Below are positions 14,505 through 28,002 of a stretch of 64,000 nucleotides of DNA, in pieces (positions within the stretch are counted from its first letter, which is position 1; the number at the start of each line of letters is the position of its first letter). The notes under the pieces were generated by a model, which was not told the DNA's origin, did not search any database, and worked only from the letters and a program-made list of their open reading frames with translations. A program made the position numbers and the translations under genes. Source of the stretch: Camelus ferus (Eukaryota); contig NC_045696.1 of the NCBI RefSeq assembly GCF_009834535.1, positions 21,702,001 through 21,766,000 of the forward strand, written 5' to 3'.

Positions 14505-14655
14505 GTAATTAATTGCTACCTTTTTCAGCATTTATTTTATGCCAGTCACTGCGCTTGTGCTTAATATACCTTATTTCAGTCAGTTCTCACAATCATTCTT
14601 TAAAACAGGTGATATTATCATAATCCTCCAATTTAAAAGGTGCAGAAAAACAGTA
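14505..14655 (-). mobile_element. MIR SINE fragment
   Basis: atgccagtcactgcgct...ttctcacaatc...gatattatcataatcctccaattt resembles reverse MIR. Confidence 0.55.
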
Positions 14656-15424
14656 AGCAAAAGAGCCAGCCTTACTCCAGATACCACACTCCTTGATTAT
14701 GCATCTAATGCCTGTAGTGAATAAAACAAGTTTGCAGTTCCATAAAATAAAGTCAGTGTAAAGTATAAAAAGCCAATGGAGACAGCCACGCCTTTTGTAA
14801 ATAAAGACCAAAGTTAGTAAAACAGACAGCTAGATAATGTGATTAGATTTCCAGTATAAAAGATGAACTAACGAGACTCACTGAAAATTTCTAAGACTAG
14901 AGAGACGACCAGACTAGTATGCTAAAAGTATACAAAGCTTATCTCTAGGTCACAGTTCTAAATACAAAAGCTCGTTAGAGCTGCATAGGGATTGCTTGCG
15001 TTAAAGATGCTGATTCCCCAGCTCATCACACAAAGATTCCACTCCAGTAGTTCTAGGAAACAGACATGTTCTTCTGCCTTCTATGGCTACACCGCCAATC
15101 TAAATAGAAAATTCTACCAGTAGAAAAAAAGGTCTCAGTGGCAGTGAAAAATGTGTTCTTAGAAAATTTCAACTTCTCTTCCTTTAAATGATCCAGAGAT
15201 AAGGGTCACTTCCATAGGAGAACAGGATCACTATGATGAAGAGATATTGGACTCAAAAAAATGAACAGCCATTAATCTAATTTGACTTATATGGGGAACT
15301 AGAGATTATCATCTCTACTTCACATTGAAAATCTCTTTCAAGTATGTCATTTGTACAAAATAATGATCTAAAAATATCCAAAAATTAGTGGAACACTGAA
15401 AAAACAGTTTGGAGAAATGTATTA

Positions 15425-16648
15425 AATTTATTTTTTTATTCAACAAATATTTATTGATTACTTTGTTAGGCATTAAGGTAAGCAAAGAAGAAACAAACAT
15501 AATGCAGTCTAGATAAAGACTCAGATAAGTTGTCAGGCATTACAAAATGTCTAACGTACTGTTAAAATAAGGGCAAAAACGGGAGGCTGTGGAGGGACAT
15601 GGAAGGTTCTCAGCCTACAAAAGTTTACAGGTAGATGACCTTGATTTATTCCTGAATCTCCAAGCAGAATTAATTAATGATAACAAATGAGAAAATTGAG
15701 GTGTGAAGGTATTTCACACCATGTTAAGCAGTTTGGATTTTATTCTGTGAGCACTGAGGAGACTTTAAATGGTTTACAGGAAAATAGTGATACAATCAAG
15801 TTTCCTTTTTAGATGGAGCCATCTGGCTGTGAGATCAGAGAGATGGTGAGGGAGGAGAGCCACCCGCATCACCAGTTAGGAAATGAAAATAACAGTGGCT
15901 TGAACTCAGAGGGTGGCAGTGGAGACTGAGAAGGGAGTGGGAATCCAAGGATTTAGGAGGTAGTGTTGGCAGCCCTTGGAAACTGGCTGGATGTGGCAGG
16001 AGAGAGGAGGTCAAGGAAGATGCAGAGGTTTCTGTGAGTGGATGATTAGTGGTACCGTTTGCTGAGACAGAAAGAATGAAAACAAGAATGAGTTGGAGAA
16101 GGAATAATTGTGTGTTCCCTTTATTACATGTTTAATCTGAGACACCTACACCCATACACAGTAAATAAGTTGATAAATGTATCTACTTCTCAAAAAAGGG
16201 TGTAGAAAATGAAGACTATCACTATGTTGATAAAATGATCTTACACAAATGAATTATTCTACAAAACAGAAATATATTCACAGACATAGTGAACAAACTT
16301 TTGCTTACTGGGGAGAAAGGGCATGGGAAGGGATAAATTGGGAGTTCAAGATTTGCAAATACTAAATATTATGTAAAAAATTGATAAACAACAAATTTCT
16401 TTTATATGGCACAGGGAACTATATTCAATATCTTGTAGTAACCTATAATGAAAAAGAATATGAAAATGCATATATGTACATATATGACTGAAACATTATG
16501 CTATAAACCAGAAACTGACACAGGTAAATGGACTATATTTCAATTTTTAAAAAAAGAGTGAATGAGAATATTCATCAAGAATGAGGAAAGAGGCTAGAAC
16601 AAAATCTAAAGACAAAATCATTTAAGGAATCAGTAAAGAAAAAGAAAT
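15425..16648 (-). mobile_element. L2 LINE, interrupted by an L1 3' end
   Basis: attcaacaaatatttattga tail, then gagtttggattttattctg-like, accagttagg, tggcttgaact...ggtggcagtggaga and tcaaggaagatg L2 motifs; resumes at about 16556. Confidence 0.75.
16240..16555 (+). mobile_element. 5'-truncated artiodactyl-type L1 3' end
   Basis: acaaatgaattattctacaaaacagaaa...ggataaattgggagtt...acagggaactatattcaatatcttgtagtaacctataatgaaaaagaatatgaaaa and an A tail. Confidence 0.85.
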
Positions 16649-16650
16649 GT

Positions 16651-16933
16651 TTCACAGGCATAGAAAACAAACTTATGGTTACCAAAGGGAAAACATAGGG
16701 GAGGGATAAATTAGGAGTTTTGGATTAGCAGACACAAACTACTATATATAAAACAGATTAAAAAAACAAGGTCCTACTATATAGCATAGGAAGCTATATT
16801 TAATATCTTATAATAACATATAATGAAAAATAATATGAAAAAAAGTGTATATATATATATAATGACTAAATCACTATGCTGTATGCCAGAAACTACCTCA
16901 GCATTGCAAATCAACTAGACTTCAATATAAAAA
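16651..16933 (+). mobile_element. Second 5'-truncated artiodactyl-type L1 3' end
   Basis: catagaaaacaaacttatggttaccaaagggaa...gggataaattaggagttt...aacaaggtcctactatatagca...aatcaactagacttcaat. Confidence 0.85.
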
Positions 16934-17456
16934 GTAGAACGAGTGTTTATTGATACTAATTTGTGTTGTTTTGCTTCAGTTTTGTTTCAAAATGAACTAG
17001 CAACATATAAATAATGGCAACAATTACTTAAAAGAATATTAAAGTTTAGTTACCGTACAAACTGCATTTTAATCACCTCATTTTTCCTATGAATTTAATC
17101 ATGGAAAATAAAATAAATGGAAATAGAATGTCCATAACTTTAGATATTCATAACTTTTGGATTGTAGGAGTAAAAGGCTATTTGCAAGCTTTGATTAAAG
17201 TATTCCATTTTATATGAAATAAAACAAATTCAATTACAGTAAATTATTTCATATTTAATTGAAATTTTACTATAAATATTCTGGATTACACAAGACATTT
17301 CTTCACATACATACATACACAAACAGCTTGGAATGTTGTTTTTTATAAAATGAAAAAATCTTGGAAAGTGATTTGAAATCCTCAAGAGATTGAAGTTTTT
17401 AAGAGAAATCAAAAGAATTCTGCTTAAACTAAGTGTTGCTATTTATTACTTTTAAG

Positions 17457-17582
17457 GTGTTTGGAATTTAAATGCACAACAGGGAAAAAATATCCAGCTT
17501 CATTTTCAAGAATTTGATCTAGAAAATATTGCAGATGTAGTTGAAATCAGAGATGGTGAAGGAGACGATTCCTTGCTGTTAG
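17457..17582 (+). CDS. TMPRSS15: Enteropeptidase exon (~exon 15), CUB2: VWNLNAQQGKNIQLHFQEFDLENIADVVEIRDGEGDDSLLL(A)
   Basis: tttaag|GT ... G|gtaagt; 126 nt, phase 1-1; CUB I.LHF..FDLE...D.VEIRDG motif. Confidence 0.97.
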
Positions 17583-19498
17583 GTAAGTCTCCGACTGAAG
17601 TGTTGTGAATGTCAAATGGCTCAAGACGTTGGACTGAGAGCATCTCTGAATAAGTGCAGTCACACTTTCACAACTAGCAAAATGAAAATACAACAGCAGA
17701 GTAATGTCGAATTTCACTGAAGCTTCCAATATGAGGCATGTTTGCAATGACGACAGAATAATATTCTTCTTGAGTGTTCTTGGCAAGCCAGGATTAATAG
17801 CTTTGCATCAGCAGTTCCTTCCAACTGATACTAATTCACCACAGTAAGCATTACACCTTGTAGACTAAGAGCTAAGAACACCCTTAATGCAGTTTTCTAT
17901 GCATTATGTGCACATCGTATGTCCATAGATAGCTGTTCAATTAGGTTTCATTTCACTTCAAACTAAAGAAACAGTTGTGGGTTTTATGCAAAACTTTTAA
18001 ATAATTTGTATTTTATGTTCCATTATTACTTTCTCTGTGTCTCTAGTACTAGTTGCTTCTATATGTCTCTGAGAATGATTTAAAAAATTGACCAAAGTTG
18101 ATTTTCCCTATATTTATTGATCATTAATTTTTTAATAGACATAGAGGAAAAGTGTACTATTCCAGGGGAAATTATTATACCTAGATCATAAAATAGATGC
18201 TCATATAGTAAAGATCCAATAATAGCCAATATCCTATTGAACTACTTATTAAGAAATTGTCTCTCGATAAGTCATGCATTAAACTATGAAAATGCATGAA
18301 AGGTCAACTGAAATGCAGAAACAACACAACTTACAAGTAAAAGTGTCTTATCTAACTGTGTTTTAGACCTATATTAATCATTTCCTATAAAATCTGGCCA
18401 GATAGCTATGCAATCACATGAACACTGCAACCAATGGGTAAAAACTCCAGAGGGTACTTTCTATAGCAATGAAGGAGCTGAGTGGTGGAGAGGGTTCCCC
18501 AGCCACACTCATCCATCACCCATTATGCAGAGTTCTTCAGCAAAATCCCACCAAGTTCTAGAGTATAAGTTTCCTGGGAGAGGATTTTGAGAGCCACACA
18601 CAGAACAGATAAGTAATGAAAGTCTCAGTGAGGCAAGGAGCCTCGTGCTAGCAAGAACCGAGGAACTTCAAATATGATTTTCATATATGCAGTTATAAAC
18701 GCATTTTGAGGAGTTTTTCCATTTTCAGCTTGCATTGTCTTTCTAATAAAAACTACAGTGTCTCATTATCTAAGAAAAACCCATTTTTATCATTTTACCT
18801 CATAGTATTTCCATCAATCATTGAAAAGCAAGTAAGAATTCCAAAAAGATCTCATAATCATAGTTTTCAAATTTGTAGACAAGACATTCTTTTGAAACAG
18901 AATCACTTTCAAGGACTCCAATGTATATTGGATTCATATATATATACATAGAGAGAGAGTGTGTTTTTTAGTCAAGAGTATTTTATTGTTTATGAAACCC
19001 TCAAGCCCAGGGATTAGATGGAAATAATTTGAGAGCTACCATTTAGGTTTATTTGTCTCTAATTAATTCATCTTTTGGATTAAGTTAATGATTCAACTTA
19101 TAAAAAATGTCGAATAAACTTGGACAAAAAATTATTAAGGGAGACTATAATCACTGTTATTTTATAAAGGTCTTTAAAAGCAGGAAAAGAATCATTTTTC
19201 TAGGGTAACATGAGCTTTGAACAGTGGTGCTAAGCCAGACAATATTGTGAGTCATTCATTGTTAAATCATAGAGGTATAGAAACCTTAATTAATACTAGA
19301 AAAAGTCATTGGGGAAGTTGGCTTTCCTAGAAGCATTGTCTAAAATGTAAAAGAATGTACACACTCACTTACACGTGGCTATTCTGCAGCGAGCCATGCT
19401 GCACGTTGCATACATCTGGAAGACAATTGAGGAAAAGGATCTATTTTCCTCGAGTTGAAGAATTGTCTCACTAATTATCTCGTTTTCCTTTGGAGCAG

Positions 19499-19639
19499 CT
19501 GTGTACACAGGGCCTGGTCCAGTAAAGGATGTGTTCTCAACCACCAACAGGATGACTGTTCTTTTTATCACTGATGAAGAGTTGGCAAAGGGAGGATTTG
19601 AAGCAAATTTCACTACTGGGTATCACTTGGGGATTCCTG
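19499..19639 (+). CDS. TMPRSS15: Enteropeptidase exon (~exon 16), CUB2 end: VYTGPGPVKDVFSTTNRMTVLFITDEELAKGGFEANFTTGYHLGIP(E)
   Basis: ggagcag|CT ... G|gtaagt; 141 nt, phase 1-1. Confidence 0.97.
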
Positions 19640-22600
19640 GTAAGTGCACTCAGGATTGCATGTTGCCTTGTAACTTTTGGAGCAAAACCATCCAAACATA
19701 CAGGACTTAATTTCAATGTTTGCATGCTAGTGCACTCATTCATTCTTCCTCATCTTAAAGGAGATTTTCTTCCTTTCAACCTCTTTAACCACTACCTGAT
19801 TTTGTTCAAAGCAGCAATCCACACTGCTTTTTCAGCAGACCTATTTTCACTTCTCTGGTGTGGCAAGAGTTGTGCGTTTTGTTCCTTGCAGAGGGGCATT
19901 TTAAACTGTAGAGAGAGGTTCTTGGCACTGTAAGGAAGGAGGATTGGCTGTCATGATCCTTTTGCCAAGAACGTCTTGAGAGAACAGCAGGGAGACAGGC
20001 AAGTGAGCTGTTTGGATGCCAACAACGTCCAATTAAGAAATTAACATCATTAACTTCTTGGAGACAAGCCATGTAAAGACACTGCCATGGAGGATGAGGA
20101 ATTTGATGCTGATATTTGCTGGGATGCACAACCTTATTACCCTGTAATTTTATAGTATCCATAACAAAATCAGCAGGAAAAACAAAATGGTGGCCTGCCT
20201 GCTCATCATGGAGATTATATATATATATATGTGTGTGTGTGTCTTTTCATTCAAATATGCAAGATATGAAGCTACTCTGTATTCAACAGTCTGCAGAGAA
20301 TTTTTATAGCTTACTGCTTCACTTGGACTATGATGATTTTAAATGCTTCTGTCCCACAACTTAGTGGTTCTCTCTAGGTACAAATATGTCAGGTAAACAG
20401 AACACACATTCCTCCTATGTTGACCTTTCCCTTCCATAGGAGATTATGGTCAGTTTGTCTTTAGCCAGAATGTCTAGAAAAGAGGTAGTATTGGAGCATT
20501 GATCTTCATCTGGCCTATTATCTAATCCCAGATTTATCTGTGCAAATATCTGTCCCTCCACTCACCACCGGCCCAGGCCTTAGACTCCATCCCAGAAAAT
20601 TGTACACTTCCAGCTTTGCTACAAATGTAGAAGTTGACCTGTAGCTTATCTACCCTCTGGCCCTGAAAATAAGTCATAAGAATTGTTATTATGCAAGCTA
20701 CTTGGGTGGGAGTAAATGGTAGCCTAACCAACTTCCTGTTCTTCTGGATTTTGTGATTGGTCTTAGAAGCAGCTACTTATGATTTATGAGCAACACTGAC
20801 AGGAATCAATCAAAAAATCAGTGAAATAAGCAAACAAAACTATGAAGGCCTATGAAAAAATTTACAGCACGAAAGAAAAGGAATAAAGACTTTGAGACTG
20901 ACAGACAATTAGAATTTATCTCAAAACAGAGTACATGAAAAAGGAGAAAATGTAGAAAATATGATTTAAAATTATCTTAATTTATAAATTAAATTATTTG
21001 TTTTTAAATTACATTTATAATTATTTTTCAAAACAGCACAAAAGGAAATATATTGACATGAAAATATCACTGGATGTTATGTACTTATGTATATATGTGT
21101 ATAAATATAATGGGTAACATATATAATGTATATAAAATCAGAAACATAGAAGAAAAGTAAATCACTGCCTTGGAAAATGTTAATCAAGACAATTTTGAGA
21201 CTACTATTTTGAACTGAGTTACTAATTCTATCCCTATGTTCATCTATGGGCAGAGGAATTTCTTATTGAAATTCTACCACTACTAGATTATTTTTTCTGA
21301 TTTGATCAGAGTTTCTTGTTAACAGTGGAAACTGCATGGTTTTTTGGTCAACTGCACACTGATTCAAAGTCTCTGGCACCAAAATACCACATTTTCACAA
21401 AAATGTTGCACAAAAGCATGATCAAGAATGCTAAAACAATATATAAAGAGACAGAAAAATGTGTGAGTCTGTGATAGACATGCAGGAAAAAACACCAACC
21501 CACAAGCTGAAAGTGATAGTCATTCAGAAGGAAAAAACCCATCAAAACTAATATTGAAAGGTATAGTGGGGGAAAAAAACTATATACTTTCTAGACCATA
21601 TTAAAGTGACTGAAAAATGATACAGTCTTATCGTTTATTGTAAAAAAATTTACAAGCAGAAATCAGTGTTATAACATTTCCTATTTGAAATTTTAAATTT
21701 CCATAGGAAAATTTTTCAGCACATTTTTAAGGAAAATAAATAGAATCACCTTTCAACGATGTTAAAAATCAGTCCAGCTATATATTTTAGTCATTTTCTG
21801 ATGAATATTTAAAAACAGTGGAGTGGTATTTCTAAATTTTTGAGAAGAAACTTCCACAGTAAAAAAAAAAATGTATAGGCATTAATATCCCTTGTATTTG
21901 AATGCAATAGAATTCTGTGCTCTGTTCTATAAAGCAGCTTAAAATAGAGTAAGAAAATACCTAACAGCAATTCTCTTGGAGGGAAGGGGCTCCCAACTTG
22001 CTTTCCTAGAATTTCGTGCAAGGAATTTTTGAAAGAAGTACTATATTTTTAAAGAAATGGAGATGAATAGAAAAACCGTCTGAACTAATGAGATAAAAAA
22101 CTAAGAGCTCTAACCAATAAGGGAGTGAATTTATTCACGAATCCAAACTACTGAAATAATGATTGAGCCTTCCACCATCTGCAAAAGTGAAAGCATTTTG
22201 AAATGAAATTTTAGAGAAGTAGTAGGTCTTTAAATCAATGTTTTAAATAGTAAATGAGAAGGGAAGAAAGAGGTGGAAAGAGAATAGATCGTGGAAAAGA
22301 AGGTGGCAACATCTCTCCCATCAAAAATAATACAGTTACTGGCTTTAATAAGAAAAGTATGCTAAGCATTTTGAAAAATAGTACAAGCAATTTCTATTCA
22401 AGATAAAAGACAAAAGAACTTAATCTATGGCTTCCAACACAAAATAGGTGATTTATGGTGTAGATGTTTAGATTGATTTGCCCTTCGGGTAGATTTTAGT
22501 TACTGTGATTAGTATTTAAGCATAAATCATTTAGAGAAAATTCCCTTGACTGAAGCTAGAATGGAGTCTTCCATGACCATCACTGTGTGCTGAATACACT

Positions 22601-25600
22601 GGGAATGCGGTTTCATGTTCCTCTTGGACACGGGACAGATGCTGCGGGGGAATAGAAAATAGAGTGATTGAGTCATCATCGGCACAGTCTTCTCCCAGGG
22701 AGATTTTTACACCAAAAGGCTTAAAAGCAATTACAGAACCAGGGAGTTGGCAGTGGAAGATAATCACGCTGGTAACAGAGAGATTAAGCACACAGATCTG
22801 TTTATATTGGTGCTCTGCTTTGCTGGTCATTTTAGGAGAAAAAAGCGTAAAAGGCACAGCATCCATTTTCAGCATTTATGTGCTTTATTTATCTTCTGAG
22901 ATACTTTGGGGACACCTTCCAAAGCATTCAGTTGAAATATATGTCTATTGTATAATGTATTTTTGTATCTCCTTTCTTTATCTAATTTTTAACATTTTAT
23001 TTACACTAAGGTATATGAAATACAGATTTATTAAGATCATTCTCCTATACATGTCCCCGTATTGCACTTTTCTGAATCTCAGAGTCTTAATTTGGAATTC
23101 AATTGTGCTTATCAGGCAACTGTGGAAGAGGTGGCTGATTACATTTGGGGGTTTGGAGCCCTCCCCAGATTGAGTGGCGTGTGCCTTAGAGATCAATTCA
23201 GTTCCATTTCAAACCAAGCATATGCTGACTAAATGAGGCAGGGCTATGGGAGACTTCATAAAAAGAAGATGGAGAAATTCAATTCTTAGCAATATTTCTT
23301 TCCCTTGCTCTCACCATGGGCACAAAATGATCAGAAATAAGACATCAGAGGCCACAGAGAGTTAAACTTTTGGATTAAAGTTTGCTTAATGAAGTTGAGC
23401 CGTTATATGTTGCAAAAAATCAGAATCCAGTTCATGTATAGGAAGGAAAATTTTGAGAGAGTTTATTTACACTTCTCAGAATTTGACATTTTTATTCAGT
23501 TAAGCAAAAGTGATTATTTTGCCCCATTCAGCATTTTTTTATCCAATACATTCATCTTAGAGAAATAGGTTCATTTTTTGATGTTCATAGGGGATAACCC
23601 TAATCACATTGGCTAGAGCACAAAAATGAATTAGTTTTCAGATATTTACATGTTTCCATTCATATTTTTATTCAAATATTTAAATTTTCATTAGATGGAT
23701 ATGTGCTTTTCCAATTAAATGTAGCTTGGTTATACTAGTAAAAAAGTAAAATTATTAATAAATTTATCTGTGATTAAATTATTGGCATTAAAAACTCATT
23801 TTTACATAATGATTTTAACAAACTATGAAAACAAAGTAATGGGATAATTTAAAAATAACTGGTGGTGACTAACATTCTATAAGTATATTAAAATATTTGA
23901 TTATGGATACATAATTAGTCTGTTGACTTTCATAATATATATTAAATATAGAGTTAAAATAAATACGTAAATTTAAACACATGTATACCTAGTTTTAAGT
24001 ATTCCTGTTTTCTAAATGAAAATTAATACTAGAAAAATTAAAATATAAAGTCAGTTAAAGCATTAATGCTTGCCTGTAGAATATGTGCCCATTTATCATC
24101 CTTCTAATCTGGTTTAAAAATATGCATTTGTGAAATAAATTGATAATTACATTTGCAAGAGTCTCCCTAATAGCATTATATTTGATATATGTAACCTGTT
24201 TCTTTCATCGGGTAAAGATTTATGGAAACAACTAGGCCAGCCATGCCTTGCTTAAAGTATTTTTTTATTATTTAAACTTGGTAAGAATGAAAAAATATAG
24301 ACGTTATCAAAGTTTACAGTAACGTATACAAATAGCTCCAATTACTGTTGTACGATACCCAGAAGAAAGGATTAGGTGTGTTTTTTTGTGTTATCTGGAG
24401 GAGAAAATTGCACAACAGGCATTTGGAAGAAAGAATGGCAACTTCAAAATATTAATGAAAAGGAAGATTTTTTACTAATTTTGCTGCTATAGATAAAATT
24501 GATTCTGCATCCAGTGTATTCATATTGGTATACTAAATACATTTAATTTTTTTAAATTTATTCTTATGATATACCCAAGACATAAGTAGTATTTTTTCTT
24601 ATTTGACAGTCAAGGGGATTGAATCTCTGAAAGATTAATTTATTTGCCCATGATCAAAAATAAATAAAAAGAAAATGGCTAAATTACAGATCAAACCAAG
24701 ATCATATAATTCCACAGCTTATGTTTTAACTACCATTCAAGTTCAAATAAGTAAATTTTTTCTTCATAAGTCATAGAATCCATTCTTATTTTTCAAATTA
24801 ATAGGGTTACCGTCAGTCAACTGCCTTATTTAAAAATAGAGTTTTTGAAATCATACTTTTAAAGATTTCTTTATACTGTGTCAACTTTATTACTAAGGTT
24901 CATACTGATTTTTGAGGCATACCTCTCATTTAACATAAATTAATTCACTTAACAGCTAACAAATATCTACTGATTTTCTACTGTGTGCCGGGCATTTTGT
25001 TAAGTCCTGGGCATACAAAGATGAAGAAACAAGGTATATGGGTGTTACAGCTAGTAAATTGCATATTCAATTTGAAGAATGGACTCAATGAGAATATAAA
25101 CAGAAAAAGCTTTATTTTCCTCCATCTACTTTATTCTAAACCTCTCTTTTTGCTCCTGGATATTTTAGGCAGATATCTTCACTTTTCCAGGTTATGCAAT
25201 TTTCTTAACCAGGTAATTAAGACTCTCTCTTAGGTATTAAAATGTACAGTCAAATATAGCACCAAAACTTTAATATCATCTAATTCAAAGCTTTTTTTTT
25301 TTTTTCCAAATCTCCCAACTCAGGCACAAATCATGGCCCGAAAATTTAAGGTAGAGGAGAGTGAAAATACTGTCTTTAATTTCTCTCCCACTTTCTTTCC
25401 CTTCCATCTTCCCATGGCTTCAGTTTTGGGAGAAAGGCCAAAAGGAAAACTCTGTCACCACCGTAGTTTTCTCCTGGCTAACAGTGTTCCTGGCCAAATG
25501 CTAACTCATGTGCAGAACAGAGTTACGTGTTCCTTTGAGTGTTCCTTTCCCCCTTCCCCAGGACTCCCACACCATACGCACGGGTAGTACACTGCTTCCC

Positions 25601-25969
25601 CTTGTGATGTCTTATAACTCTGCTTAGTTCCCAATCCCCACTCGCCAGCCTCCATTCCTGCACTTCTTTGTCCTGGAGCCAGCTTGTCCTGACAGGCAGC
25701 TGTCACTCCATTACCCTTCCAAGCGCCCACATGGCCGAAAGGAAACTCACGCATGGCCCTGGACATGGAGAAAATGTAGGTTGTCTCTACCGCCCCCTTC
25801 TCTCCTAGACCTAACTACCATCAAGGAAAGGTCCAGCCAAATTTCTGACTTTTAAATTCATTGCACAGGATGTGAATACAAATCTTTATTGATATAGCTA
25901 TCTGTCCCCAAACTTAAGGAAACTAAAGTCACCACCTCACATGAAATTTTTCACTTCACTTCAGTTTAG

Positions 25970-26258
25970 TCTGGTATTTTTTAAAAAGCATATCATGAAA
26001 TCAACTTACTGGATTTTGCCCAGCATTCTTGTTATGGAACAGAATGGATGGAATTGGATACAATGAAATGGGATAGAATGAATGGAATAGAATAGAATAG
26101 AAATAATAAAACAAAATAAGAGTAAATTTTAATTTAGTTACACACGCATGCACACTTACACACACATAAGTATACACATTGCTGTGTACCCTGGAGTATG
26201 ATTCAAAATATATTTTTTACTGCAGTTACAGTTGAAAAGAAAAGTCTGAAAGTGCCTG
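25970..26258 (+). mobile_element. Charlie18a-like hAT DNA transposon with internal (GAATA)n
   Basis: tgaaatcaactt...ccagcatt, aatagaatagaatagaaa, and 3' end aaaatatattttttactg...aaaagtctgaaagtgcctg. Confidence 0.65.
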
Positions 26259-27891
26259 TACTAGCCCTGTGTAAGTGGCAGTCCTTATGCCTCTGCAAGG
26301 TAATAAATGTTCAACTGGGGAGTGAGAGTACAGCCTCCCTTCTTTAAGGCAACCCAGTTGGGTTCTTTCAGAGAGCCTAGAATTGGTTCTCCTGGGGCAT
26401 CCCTCACTTGCTTTGCTGGATGGCCCCTTCCTCCCGTCTTCCACATGAAAACACTCCTCCTTAAGTTTCCTATGTAGGCTTTTTTAAGAAAAAACTCTAA
26501 TCATTTTTGTAATAGCTGGAAAAAAAAAGTGATAGCTGGAAATTTATAGTTGCTAGACTAGTTTTGGTAATTTTTTTAAGTATTAGTATGGCTACATTTA
26601 GTACCTCTCTTTAGAACATAACAGTATTTGTCAGTGCCCTCAGATTTGGGACAACCACCTAGATTCTAAAACAACAGAAATGATTCCTTACAAGTGCCAT
26701 TACATTTGGTCATCATAAATTGAGAAAGTCTCTATGGAGATGAGTACCATTTGTTTTGGAAACCATTTTCACTTGAATTGTGTATTCATGAAAGCAGTAT
26801 AGTAGTTAATGATTAATATTCACTAACAGTTTTTAAAATACAGGTTTCCCTGTTTCTTTTTTTTTTTTTTTCAATTGCTTTTGCTTCCCCGTTATTATTG
26901 TCCATGTGCCACTTAGGGGAAGAAACTTTAAGCCTCTCCATATCCAACTACCATTTCCTTTCCCAGGGGACCCAAATCCCATGTGGCCCTCAACAGAGAT
27001 CCCAGTGTCAGCACGTAGATGTCCCTCCCAGGCCGTAATCAGAAAACAACTTGAGGGAAGCAAATCCTTCTCCTCCAGGGAAACTAGGGCTGTCCCAGGG
27101 CACACGTCTTTAAGAATGAACAAACATATCCAGGAAACATAGTTCTCACTCCCTTTGAGCAATGAATATGTGTATTTCAAGTAGGCCTCTTTTGGCACAA
27201 CTCAACCTCTGGCAAGAACCACCAGATCTACTCAGTTCCTTCCTTGTCCAGCTTCTTCATTTTCCTTCTGTGTCTTCGTGTCCAAGCACATTGCCATGAC
27301 TTCAGCCTTGTCCTACTAATTTGGAACTGCATCCCTGTTTCCTTTCAAGTCACTGCTGCTACAGATCCCATTTCTTTAGACTACTTTTTCCTGCCTGACC
27401 ATGCTTTAATTCAGCTCACTGTTTCCAGCCGGGTCCAACTTTGGTCCCTCCAAATAGCAACTTCTACATTTCTGTATAGTAATGGTGTGGAGGTATCCTT
27501 TGGACGGTTAAACCAAGAGGTCTCTTTATGCTTGGATAACATTCCAGTGGTTGTCATCTGTATGTTCATTTGGGTTGGAGATGTTTTATTGAAGAGAGAC
27601 TAGCGGAGATTGTGAGAGAGGAATGGGACCAAAGCCATACCCTGCCTCAAAGGAGCTGCTTAAGCTTTTAGTCACACTCTTCTTTCTCAAGCCACGTCTC
27701 TGGCTTTGACAGGACTACTGCGGAAGCATTCTGAGCAATTAAGTATGTAATCGTATTCGGTATCAAAGCCAGCATAACTTTGCACTGTGGCAAAGAACTG
27801 GGGTTTAAGGAAGCAGAAGTGGGATGGGTACTCCAGAATTGCCTATTTGTCATTTCTTTATCCTATACAATGCATATTATTTCCCCCACAG

Positions 27892-28002
27892 AGCCTTGCA
27901 AGGAGGACAACTTTCAGTGTAAAGATGGAGAGTGTGTTCCACTGGTAAATCTCTGTGACGGGTTTCCACACTGTAAGGATGGGTCAGATGAAGCACATTG
28001 TG
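27892..28002 (+). CDS. TMPRSS15: Enteropeptidase exon (~exon 17), LDL-receptor class A repeat 2: [36 protein letters not shown](V)
   Basis: cccacag|AG ... G|gtatgt; 111 nt, phase 1-1; six Cys and DGSDE motif. Confidence 0.98.

Noticed and set aside
22664..23173. 169-aa ORF, the longest in the track
   Set aside because: Intronic, no recognisable domain, AT-rich hydrophobic tail typical of chance ORFs
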